This document shows, piece after piece, positions 1 through 14,670 of a stretch of DNA of 64,000 bases; within the stretch, counting starts at the first letter, position 1; every line of letters starts with the position of its first letter. The stretch covers positions 1,178,001 to 1,242,000 of the forward strand of contig CAXIUT010000183.1 in NCBI GenBank assembly GCA_964035545.1. The letters are read 5' to 3'. A program made the position numbers and the translations under genes. This DNA comes from Bugula neritina (lineage: Eukaryota; Animalia; Bryozoa). The notes beneath the pieces were generated by a model. The model saw nothing but the letters and a program-made list of their open reading frames with translations, was not told where the DNA came from and did no database searches.

Positions 1-690
1 CAACATACTACAACATATTGAAATACACTGCAACACATTGAAATATACTGCAACATACCTAAATATACGGTAATATACTGAAATTCACTGTAACGCATTG
101 CAAAATACTGCAACATACTGAAATTCACTGCGACACACTGAAATACGCTGCAAAATACTACAACATACTGAAATAAACTGTAACATGTTGAAATACACTG
201 CAACACATTGAAAAATACTGCAACATACTGAAATATACTGTAACACACTGAAATATACTGCAACATACTGAAATACACTGTAACATACTGAAATATACTG
301 CAACATACTGAAATACACTGCTACATACTGAAATATACCGCAACATACTGCAACATACTGCAATACACTGTAAAATACTGAAATACACTGCAACATACTA
401 CTACAACATATTGAAATACACTGCAACACATTGAAATACACTGCAACCTACCGAATATATGGTAAACTACTGAAATATACTGCAACGCATTGAAAAGTAC
501 TGCAACATACTGAAATATACTGCAACATACTGAAATACACTGCTACATACTGAAATATACTGCAACGTACTGCAACATACTGCAGCATACTGAAATACAC
601 TGTAACATACTGAAATACACTGCAACATACTACCACATATTGAAATACACTGCAACACATTGAAATGTACTGCAACATACCGAAATATAT

Positions 691-940
691 GGTAAACTAC
701 TAAAATATACTGTAACACATTGAAAAATACTGCAACATACTGAAATATACTGCGACACCTAGCAATATACTGTAACATACTGAAATATGCTCTAGCACAC
801 TGAAATACAATGCAACTTACTGAAATATACTGCAACATACTGAAATACACTGCAACATCCTACAATATGCTGAAACACACAGTAACATATTGAAATACAC
901 TGCAACACTTTGAAATATACTGCAACATACCGAAATATAT
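691..940. repeat. 250-bp (25-monomer) module, type Y (markers ggtaaactactaaaat, gcgacacctagc, gctctagcacac, caatgcaacttac, catcctacaatatgc)
   Basis: The landmark ggtaaactac occurs at 691 and 941. The module recurs about 38 times, tracked by the caacttactg/143-aa ORF landmark at 817, 2875, 3955, 5167 ... 58149, 59667. Confidence 0.9.
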
Positions 941-1669
941 GGTAAACTACTGCAACATACTACAACATACTGAAATACACTGCAACACATTGAAATATAC
1001 TGCGACATACCTAAATATACGGTAATATACTGAAATATACTGCAAAACATTGAAAAACACTGCAACATACTGAAATATACTGTAACACACCGAAATATAC
1101 TGCAACATACTGAAATACACTGTAACATACTGAAATACACTGCTACATACTGAAATATACTGCAACATACTGCAACATACTGAAATACACAGTAACATAC
1201 TGAAATAAACTGCAACATACTACAACATATTGAAATACACTGCAACACATTGAAATATACTGCAACATACCTAAATATACGGTAATATACTGAAATTCAC
1301 TGTAACGCATTGCAAAATACTGCAACATACTGAAATTCACTGCGACACACTGAAATACGCTGCAAAATACTACAACATACTGAAATAAACTGTAACATGT
1401 TGAAATACACTGCAACACATTGAAAAATACTGCAACATACTGAAATATACTGTAACACACTGAAATATACTGCAACATACTGAAATACACTGTAACATAC
1501 TGAAATATACTGCAACATACTGAAATACACTGCTTCATACTGAAATATACTGCAACATACTGCAACATACTGCAATACACTGTAAAATACTGAAATACAC
1601 TGCAACATACTACAACATATTGAAATACACTGCAACACATTGAAATACACTGCAACTTATCGAATATAT

Positions 1670-2748
1670 GGAAAACTACTGAAATATACTGTAACGCATT
1701 GAAAAAGACTGCAACATACTGAAATATATTGCGACACATTGCAATATACTGTAACATACTGAAATATGCTCTAGCACACTGAAATATACTGCAATTCGCT
1801 GAAATATACTGCAACATACTGAAATACACCGCAACATCCTACAACATACTAAAATACACTGTAACATTTCGAAATACACTGCAACACAATGAATTATACT
1901 GCAACATAACGAAATATATGGTAAACTACTGAAATATATTTTAACAAATTGAAAAATACTGCAACATACTGAAATATACTGTAACACACTGAAGTATACT
2001 GCAACATACTGAAATACACTGTAACATACTGAAATATACTGCAACATACTGAAATACACTGCTACATACTGAAATATACTGCAACGTACTGCAACATACT
2101 GCAGCATACTGAAATACACTGTAACATACTGAAATACACTGCAACATACTACCACATATTGAAATACACTGCAACACATTGAAATGTACTGCAACATACC
2201 GAAATATATGGAAAACTACTGAAATATACTGTAACGCATTGAAAAAGACTGCAACATACTGAAATATATTGCGACACATTGCAATATACTGTAATATACT
2301 GAAAAATGCTGTATCACACTGAAATATACTGCAATTCGCTGAAATATACTGCAACATACTGAAATACACCGCAACATCCTACAACATACTAAAATACACT
2401 GTAACATTTCGAAATACACTGCAACACATTGAATTATACTGCAACATAACGAAATATATGGTAAACTACTGAAATATATTTTAACAAATTGAAAAATACT
2501 GCAACATACTGAATATACTGTAACACACTGAAGTATACTGCAACATACTGAAATACACTGTAACATACTGAAATATACTGCAACATACTGAAATACACTG
2601 CTACATACTGAAATATACTGCAACGTACTGCAACATACTGCAGCATACTGAAATACACTGTAACATACTGAAATACACTGCAACATACTACCACATATTG
2701 AAATACACTGCAACACATTGAAATGTACTGCAACATACCGAAATATAT
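1670..2748. repeat. 540-bp internal tandem duplication (X module plus 290-bp module, twice) that converts the 1518-bp unit into the 2058-bp unit
   Basis: Landmark pairs 1670/2210 and 1920/2460; ORF starts 1676/2216. The same 540 offset recurs at 6026/6566, 9356/9896, 12686/13226, 26511/27051, 31323/31863, 34653/35193 and 43170/43710. Confidence 0.9.
2210..2459. repeat. 250-bp (25-monomer) module, type X (markers ggaaaactac, gaaaaagac, gctgtatcacac, gcaattcgct, atttcgaaat, gaattatac), colinear paralogue of type Y
   Basis: Aligns monomer for monomer with 691-940 without gaps. Landmarks are at 2210 and 2460. Confidence 0.9.
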
Positions 2749-5166
2749 GGTAAACTACTAAAATATACTGTAACACATTGAAAAATACTGCAACATACTG
2801 AAATATACTGCGACACCTAGCAATATACTGTAACATACTGAAATATGCTCTAACACACTGAAATACAATGCAACTTACTGAAATATACTGCAACATACTG
2901 AAATACGCTGCAACATCCTACAATATGCTGAAATACACAGTAACATATTGAAATACACTGCAACACTTTGAAATATACTGCAACATACCGAAGTATATGG
3001 TAAACTACTGCAACATACTACAACATACTGAAATACACTGCAACACATTGAAATATACTGCGACATAACTAAATATACGGTAATATACTGAAATATACTG
3101 TAACACATTGAAAAATACTGCAACATACTGAAATATACTGTAACACACCGAAATATACTGCAACATACTGAAATACACTGTAACATACTGAAATACACTG
3201 CTACATACTGAAATATACTGCAACATACTGCAACATACTGAAATACACAGTAACATACTGAAATAAACTGCAACATACTACAACATATTGAAATACACTG
3301 CAACACATTGAAATATACTGCAACATACCTAAATATACGGTAATATACTGAAATTCACTGTAACGCATTGCAAAATACTGCAACATACTGAAATTCACTG
3401 CGACACACTGAAATACGCTGCAAAATACTACAACATACTGAAATAAACTGTAACATGTTGAAATACACTGCAACACATTGAAAAATACTGCAACATACTG
3501 AAATATACTGTAACACACTGAAATATACTGCAACATACTGAAATACACTGTAACATACTGAAATATACTGCAACATACTGAAATACACTGCTACATACTG
3601 AAATATACCGCAACATACTGCAACATACTGCAATACACTGTAAAATACTGAAATACACTGCAACATACTGAAATACACTGCTACATACTGAAATATACTG
3701 CAACGTACTGCAACATACTGCAGCATACTGAAATACACTGTAACATACTGAAATACACTGCAACATACTACCACATATTGAAATACACTGCAACACATTG
3801 AAATGTACTGCAACATACCGAAATATATGGTAAACTACTAAAATATACTGTAACACATTGAAAAATACTGCAACATACTGAAATATACTGCGACACCTAG
3901 CAATATACTGTAACATACTGAAATATGCTCTAGCACACTGAAATACAATGCAACTTACTGAAATATACTGCAACATACTGAAATACACTGCAACATCCTA
4001 CAATATGCTGAAATACACAGTAACATATTGAAATACACTGCAACACTTTGAAATATACTGCAACATACCGAAGTATATGGTAAACTACTGCAACATACTA
4101 CATTATACTGAAATACACTGCAACACATTGAAATATACTGCGACATAACTAAATATACGGTAATATACTGAAATATACTGTAACACATTGAAAAATACTG
4201 CAACATACTGAAATATACTGTAACACACCGAAATATACTGCAACATACTGAAATACACTGTAACATACTGAAATACACTGCTACATACTGAAATATACTG
4301 CAACATACTGCAACATACTGAAATACACAGTAACATACTGAAATAAACTGCAACATACTACAACATATTGAAATACACTGCAACACATTGAAATATACTG
4401 CAACATACCTAAATATACGGTAATATACTGAAATTCACTGTAACGCATTGCAAAATACTGCAACATACTGAAATTCACTGCGACACACTGAAATACGCTG
4501 CAAAATACTACAACATACTGAAATAAACTGTAACATGTTGAAATACACTGCAACACATTGAAAAATACTGCAACATACTGAAATATACTGTAACACACTG
4601 AAATATACTGCAACATACTGAAATACACTGTAACATACTGAAATATACTGCAACATACTGAAATACACTGCTACATACTGAAATATACCGCAACATACTG
4701 CAACATACTGCAATACACTGTAAAATACTGAAATACACTGCAACATACTACTACAACATATTGAAATACACTGCAACACATTGAAATACACTGCAACCTA
4801 CCGAATATATGGTAAACTACTGAAATATACTGCAACGCATTGAAAAGTACTGCAACATACTGAAATATACTGCAACATACTGAAATACACTGCTACATAC
4901 TGAAATATACTGCAACGTACTGCAACATACTGCAGCATACTGAAATACACTGTAACATACTGAAATACACTGCAACATACTACCACATATTGAAATACAC
5001 TGCAACACATTGAAATGTACTGCAACATACCGAAATATATGGTAAACTACTAAAATATACTGTAACACATTGAAAAATACTGCAACATACTGAAATATAC
5101 TGCGACACCTAGCAATATACTGTAACATACTGAAATATGCTCTAGCACACTGAAATACAATGCAAC

Positions 5167-8100
5167 TTACTGAAATATACTGCAACATACTGAAATACAC
5201 TGCAACATCCTACAATATGCTGAAACACACAGTAACATATTGAAATACACTGCAACACTTTGAAATATACTGCAACATACCGAAATATATGGTAAACTAC
5301 TGCAACATACTACAACATACTGAAATACACTGCAACACATTGAAATATACTGCGACATACCTAAATATACGGTAATATACTGAAATATACTGCAAAACAT
5401 TGAAAAACACTGCAACATACTGAAATATACTGTAACACACCGAAATATACTGCAACATACTGAAATACACTGTAACATACTGAAATACACTGCTACATAC
5501 TGAAATATACTGCAACATACTGCAACATACTGAAATACACAGTAACATACTGAAATAAACTGCAACATACTACAACATATTGAAATACACTGCAACACAT
5601 TGAAATATACTGCAACATACCTAAATATACGGTAATATACTGAAATTCACTGTAACGCATTGCAAAATACTGCAACATACTGAAATTCACTGCGACACAC
5701 TGAAATACGCTGCAAAATACTACAACATACTGAAATAAACTGTAACATGTTGAAATACACTGCAACACATTGAAAAATACTGCAACATACTGAAATATAC
5801 TGTAACACACTGAAATATACTGCAACATACTGAAATACACTGTAACATACTGAAATATACTGCAACATACTGAAATACACTGCTTCATACTGAAATATAC
5901 TGCAACATACTGCAACATACTGCAATACACTGTAAAATACTGAAATACACTGCAACATACTACAACATATTGAAATACACTGCAACACATTGAAATACAC
6001 TGCAACTTATCGAATATATGGAAAACTACTGAAATATACTGTAACGCATTGAAAAAGACTGCAACATACTGAAATATATTGCGACACATTGCAATATACT
6101 GTAACATACTGAAATATGCTCTAGCACACTGAAATATACTGCAATTCGCTGAAATATACTGCAACATACTGAAATACACCGCAACATCCTACAACATACT
6201 AAAATACACTGTAACATTTCGAAATACACTGCAACACAATGAATTATACTGCAACATAACGAAATATATGGTAAACTACTGAAATATATTTTAACAAATT
6301 GAAAAATACTGCAACATACTGAAATATACTGTAACACACTGAAGTATACTGCAACATACTGAAATACACTGTAACATACTGAAATATACTGCAACATACT
6401 GAAATACACTGCTACATACTGAAATATACTGCAACGTACTGCAACATACTGCAGCATACTGAAATACACTGTAACATACTGAAATACACTGCAACATACT
6501 ACCACATATTGAAATACACTGCAACACATTGAAATGTACTGCAACATACCGAAATATATGGAAAACTACTGAAATATACTGTAACGCATTGAAAAAGACT
6601 GCAACATACTGAAATATATTGCGACACATTGCAATATACTGTAATATACTGAAAAATGCTGTATCACACTGAAATATACTGCAATTCGCTGAAATATACT
6701 GCAACATACTGAAATACACCGCAACATCCTACAACATACTAAAATACACTGTAACATTTCGAAATACACTGCAACACATTGAATTATACTGCAACATAAC
6801 GAAATATATGGTAAACTACTGAAATATATTTTAACAAATTGAAAAATACTGCAACATACTGAATATACTGTAACACACTGAAGTATACTGCAACATACTG
6901 AAATACACTGTAACATACTGAAATATACTGCAACATACTGAAATACACTGCTACATACTGAAATATACTGCAACGTACTGCAACATACTGCAGCATACTG
7001 AAATACACTGTAACATACTGAAATACACTGCAACATACTACCACATATTGAAATACACTGCAACACATTGAAATGTACTGCAACATACCGAAATATATGG
7101 TAAACTACTAAAATATACTGTAACACATTGAAAAATACTGCAACATACTGAAATATACTGCGACACCTAGCAATATACTGTAACATACTGAAATATGCTC
7201 TAACACACTGAAATACAATGCAACTTACTGAAATATACTGCAACATACTGAAATACACTGCAACATCCTACAATATGCTGAAATACACAGTAACATATTG
7301 AAATACACTGCAACACTTTGAAATATACTGCAACATACCGAAGTATATGGTAAACTACTGCAACATACTACAACATACTGAAATACACTGCAACACATTG
7401 AAATATACTGCGACATAACTAAATATACGGTAATATACTGAAATATACTGTAACACATTGAAAAATACTGCAACATACTGAAATATACTGTAACACACCG
7501 AAATATACTGCAACATACTGAAATACACTGTAACATACTGAAATACACTGCTACATACTGAAATATACTGCAACATACTGCAACATACTGAAATACACAG
7601 TAACATACTGAAATAAACTGCAACATACTACAACATATTGAAATACACTGCAACACATTGAAATATACTGCAACATACCTAAATATACGGTAATATACTG
7701 AAATTCACTGTAACGCATTGCAAAATACTGCAACATACTGAAATTCACTGCGACACACTGAAATACGCTGCAAAATACTACAACATACTGAAATAAACTG
7801 TAACATGTTGAAATACACTGCAACACATTGAAAAATACTGCAACATACTGAAATATACTGTAACACACTGAAATATACTGCAACATACTGAAATACACTG
7901 TAACATACTGAAATATACTGCAACATACTGAAATACACTGCTACATACTGAAATATACCGCAACATACTGCAACATACTGCAATACACTGTAAAATACTG
8001 AAATACACTGCAACATACTACTACAACATATTGAAATACACTGCAACACATTGAAATACACTGCAACTTACCGAATATATGGTAAACTACTGAAATATAC

Positions 8101-11100
8101 TGCAACGCATTGAAAAGTACTGCAACATACTGAAATATACTGTAACACACTGAAATATACTGCAACATACTGAAATACACTGTAACATACTGAAATATAC
8201 TGCAACATACTGAAATACACTGCTACATACTGAAATATACTGCAACGTACTGCAACATACTGCAGCATACTGAAATACACTGTAACATACTGAAATACAC
8301 TGCAACATACTACCACATATTGAAATACACTGCAACACATTGAAATGTACTGCAACATACCGAAATATATGGTAAACTACTAAAATATACTGTAACACAT
8401 TGAAAAATACTGCAACATACTGAAATATACTGCGACACCTAGCAATATACTGTAACATACTGAAATATGCTCTAGCACACTGAAATACAATGCAACTTAC
8501 TGAAATATACTGCAACATACTGAAATACACTGCAACATCCTACAATATGCTGAAACACACAGTAACATATTGAAATACACTGCAACACTTTGAAATATAC
8601 TGCAACATACCGAAATATATGGTAAACTACTGCAACATACTACAACATACTGAAATACACTGCAACACATTGAAATATACTGCGACATACCTAAATATAC
8701 GGTAATATACTGAAATATACTGCAAAACATTGAAAAACACTGCAACATACTGAAATATACTGTAACACACCGAAATATACTGCAACATACTGAAATACAC
8801 TGTAACATACTGAAATACACTGCTACATACTGAAATATACTGCAACATACTGCAACATACTGAAATACACAGTAACATACTGAAATAAACTGCAACATAC
8901 TACAACATATTGAAATACACTGCAACACATTGAAATATACTGCAACATACCTAAATATACGGTAATATACTGAAATTCACTGTAACGCATTGCAAAATAC
9001 TGCAACATACTGAAATTCACTGCGACACACTGAAATACGCTGCAAAATACTACAACATACTGAAATAAACTGTAACATGTTGAAATACACTGCAACACAT
9101 TGAAAAATACTGCAACATACTGAAATATACTGTAACACACTGAAATATACTGCAACATACTGAAATACACTGTAACATACTGAAATATACTGCAACATAC
9201 TGAAATACACTGCTTCATACTGAAATATACTGCAACATACTGCAACATACTGCAATACACTGTAAAATACTGAAATACACTGCAACATACTACAACATAT
9301 TGAAATACACTGCAACACATTGAAATACACTGCAACTTATCGAATATATGGAAAACTACTGAAATATACTGTAACGCATTGAAAAAGACTGCAACATACT
9401 GAAATATATTGCGACACATTGCAATATACTGTAACATACTGAAATATGCTCTAGCACACTGAAATATACTGCAATTCGCTGAAATATACTGCAACATACT
9501 GAAATACACCGCAACATCCTACAACATACTAAAATACACTGTAACATTTCGAAATACACTGCAACACAATGAATTATACTGCAACATAACGAAATATATG
9601 GTAAACTACTGAAATATATTTTAACAAATTGAAAAATACTGCAACATACTGAAATATACTGTAACACACTGAAGTATACTGCAACATACTGAAATACACT
9701 GTAACATACTGAAATATACTGCAACATACTGAAATACACTGCTACATACTGAAATATACTGCAACGTACTGCAACATACTGCAGCATACTGAAATACACT
9801 GTAACATACTGAAATACACTGCAACATACTACCACATATTGAAATACACTGCAACACATTGAAATGTACTGCAACATACCGAAATATATGGAAAACTACT
9901 GAAATATACTGTAACGCATTGAAAAAGACTGCAACATACTGAAATATATTGCGACACATTGCAATATACTGTAATATACTGAAAAATGCTGTATCACACT
10001 GAAATATACTGCAATTCGCTGAAATATACTGCAACATACTGAAATACACCGCAACATCCTACAACATACTAAAATACACTGTAACATTTCGAAATACACT
10101 GCAACACATTGAATTATACTGCAACATAACGAAATATATGGTAAACTACTGAAATATATTTTAACAAATTGAAAAATACTGCAACATACTGAATATACTG
10201 TAACACACTGAAGTATACTGCAACATACTGAAATACACTGTAACATACTGAAATATACTGCAACATACTGAAATACACTGCTACATACTGAAATATACTG
10301 CAACGTACTGCAACATACTGCAGCATACTGAAATACACTGTAACATACTGAAATACACTGCAACATACTACCACATATTGAAATACACTGCAACACATTG
10401 AAATGTACTGCAACATACCGAAATATATGGTAAACTACTAAAATATACTGTAACACATTGAAAAATACTGCAACATACTGAAATATACTGCGACACCTAG
10501 CAATATACTGTAACATACTGAAATATGCTCTAACACACTGAAATACAATGCAACTTACTGAAATATACTGCAACATACTGAAATACACTGCAACATCCTA
10601 CAATATGCTGAAATACACAGTAACATATTGAAATACACTGCAACACTTTGAAATATACTGCAACATACCGAAGTATATGGTAAACTACTGCAACATACTA
10701 CAACATACTGAAATACACTGCAACACATTGAAATATACTGCGACATAACTAAATATACGGTAATATACTGAAATATACTGTAACACATTGAAAAATACTG
10801 CAACATACTGAAATATACTGTAACACACCGAAATATACTGCAACATACTGAAATACACTGTAACATACTGAAATACACTGCTACATACTGAAATATACTG
10901 CAACATACTGCAACATACTGAAATACACAGTAACATACTGAAATAAACTGCAACATACTACAACATATTGAAATACACTGCAACACATTGAAATATACTG
11001 CAACATACCTAAATATACGGTAATATACTGAAATTCACTGTAACGCATTGCAAAATACTGCAACATACTGAAATTCACTGCGACACACTGAAATACGCTG

Positions 11101-14100
11101 CAAAATACTACAACATACTGAAATAAACTGTAACATGTTGAAATACACTGCAACACATTGAAAAATACTGCAACATACTGAAATATACTGTAACACACTG
11201 AAATATACTGCAACATACTGAAATACACTGTAACATACTGAAATATACTGCAACATACTGAAATACACTGCTACATACTGAAATATACCGCAACATACTG
11301 CAACATACTGCAATACACTGTAAAATACTGAAATACACTGCAACATACTACTACAACATATTGAAATACACTGCAACACATTGAAATACACTGCAACTTA
11401 CCGAATATATGGTAAACTACTGAAATATACTGCAACGCATTGAAAAGTACTGCAACATACTGAAATATACTGTAACACACTGAAATATACTGCAACATAC
11501 TGAAATACACTGTAACATACTGAAATATACTGCAACATACTGAAATACACTGCTACATACTGAAATATACTGCAACGTACTGCAACATACTGCAGCATAC
11601 TGAAATACACTGTAACATACTGAAATACACTGCAACATACTACCACATATTGAAATACACTGCAACACATTGAAATGTACTGCAACATACCGAAATATAT
11701 GGTAAACTACTAAAATATACTGTAACACATTGAAAAATACTGCAACATACTGAAATATACTGCGACACCTAGCAATATACTGTAACATACTGAAATATGC
11801 TCTAGCACACTGAAATACAATGCAACTTACTGAAATATACTGCAACATACTGAAATACACTGCAACATCCTACAATATGCTGAAATACACAGTAACACAT
11901 TGAAATACACTGCAACACTTTGAAATATACTGCAACATACCGAAATATATGGTAAACTACTGCAACATACTACAACATACTGAAATACACTGCAACACAT
12001 TGAAATATACTGCGACATACCTAAATATACGGTAATATACTGAAATATACTGTAACACATTGAAAAATACTGCAACATACTGAAATATACTGTAACACAC
12101 CGAAATATACTGCAACATACTGAAATACACTGTAACATACTGAAATACACTGCTACATACTGAAATATACTGCAACATACTGCAACATACTGAAATACAC
12201 AGTAACATACTGAAATAAACTGCAACATACTACAACATATTGAAATACACTGCAACACATTGAAATATACTGCAACATACCTAAATATACGGTAATATAC
12301 TGAAATTCACTGTAACGCATTGCAAAAGACTGCAACATACTGAAATTCACTGCGACACACTGAAATACGCTGCAAAATACTACAACATACTGAAATAAAC
12401 TGTAACATGTTGAAATACACTGCAACACATTGAAAAATACTGCAACATACTGAAATATACTGTAACACACTGAAATATACTGCAACATACTGAAATACAC
12501 TGTAACATACTGAAATATACTGCAACATACTGAAATACACTGCTTCATACTGAAATATACTGCAACATACTGCAACATACTGCAATACACTGTAAAATAC
12601 TGAAATACACTGCAACATACTACAACATATTGAAATACACTGCAACACATTGAAATACACTGCAACTTATCGAATATATGGAAAACTACTGAAATATACT
12701 GTAACGCATTGAAAAAGACTGCAACATACTGAAATATATTGCGACACATTGCAATATACTGTAATATACTGAAAAATGCTGTATCACACTGAAATATACT
12801 GCAATTCGCTGAAATATGCTGCAACATACTGAAATACACCGCAACATCCTACAACATACTAAAATACACTGTAACATTTCGAAATACACTGCAACACATT
12901 GAATTATACTGCAACATAACGAAATATATGGTAAACTACTGAAATATATTTTAACAAATTGAAAAATACTGCAACATACTGAAATATACTGTAACACACT
13001 GAAGTATACTGCAACATACTGAAATACACTGTAACATACTGAAATATACTGCAACATACTGAAATACACTGCTACATACTGAAATATACTGCAACGTACT
13101 GCAACATACTGCAGCATACTGAAATACACTGTAACATACTGAAATACACTGCAACATACTACCACATATTGAAATACACTGCAACACATTGAAATGTACT
13201 GCAACATACCGAAATATATGGAAAACTACTGAAATATACTGTAACGCATTGAAAAAGACTGCAACATACTGAAATATATTGCGACACATTGCAATATACT
13301 GTAATATACTGAAAAATGCTGTATCACACTGAAATATACTGCAATTCGCTGAAATATACTGCAACATACTGAAATACACCGCAACATCCTACAACATACT
13401 AAAATACACTGTAACATTTCGAAATACACTGCAACACATTGAATTATACTGCAACATAACGAAATATATGGTAAACTACTGAAATATATTTTAACAAATT
13501 GAAAAATACTGCAACATACTGAATATACTGTAACACACTGAAGTATACTGCAACATACTGAAATACACTGTAACATACTGAAATATACTGCAACATACTG
13601 AAATACACTGCTACATACTGAAATATACTGCAACGTACTGCAACATACTGCAGCATACTGAAATACACTGTAACATACTGAAATACACTGCAACATACTA
13701 CCACATATTGAAATACACTGCAACACATTGAAATGTACTGCAACATACCGAAATATATGGTAAACTACTAAAATATACTGTAACACATTGAAAAATACTG
13801 CAACATACTGAAATATACTGCGACACCTAGCAATATACTGTAACATACTGAAATATGCTCTAGCACACTGAAATACAATGCAACTTACTGAAATATACTG
13901 CAACATACTGAAATACACTGCAACATCCTACAATATGCTGAAATACACAGTAACATATTGAAATACACTGCAACACTTTGAAATATACTGCAACATACCG
14001 AAATATATGGTAAACTACTGCAACATACTACAACATACTGAAATACACTGCAACACATTGAAATATACTGCGACATACCTAAATATACGGTAATATACTG

Positions 14101-14670
14101 AAATATACTGTAAAACATTGAAAAACACTGCAACATACTGAAATATACTGTAACACATCGAAATATACTGCAACATACTGAAATACACTGTAACATACTG
14201 AAATACACTGCTACATACTGAAATATACTGCAACATACTGCAACATACTGAAATACACAGTAACATACTGAAATAAACTGCAATATACTACAACATATTG
14301 AAATACACTGCAACACATTGAAATATACTGCAACATACCTAAATATACGGTAATATACTGAAATTCACTGTAACGCATTGCAAAATACTGCAACATACTG
14401 AAATTCACTGCGACACACTGAAATACGCTGCAAAATACTACAACATACTGAAATAAACTGTAACATGTTGAAATACACTGCAACACATTGAAAAATACTG
14501 CAACATACTGAAATATACTGTAACACACTGAAATATACTGCAACATACTGAAATACACTGTAACATACTGAAATATACTGCAACATACTGAAATACACTG
14601 CTACATACTGAAATATACTGCAACATACTGCAACATACTGCAATACACTGTAAAATACTGAAATACACTG
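5167..14670. repeat. Main 3330-bp higher-order repeat (2058 + 1272), about 3 tandem copies; also at ~30.5-36.6 kb and ~41-46 kb
   Basis: Landmark series 5167/8497/11827 and 7225/10555/13885 have an exact 3330 spacing, as do 30464/33794, 32522/35852, 41039/44369 and 42311/45641. Confidence 0.9.
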
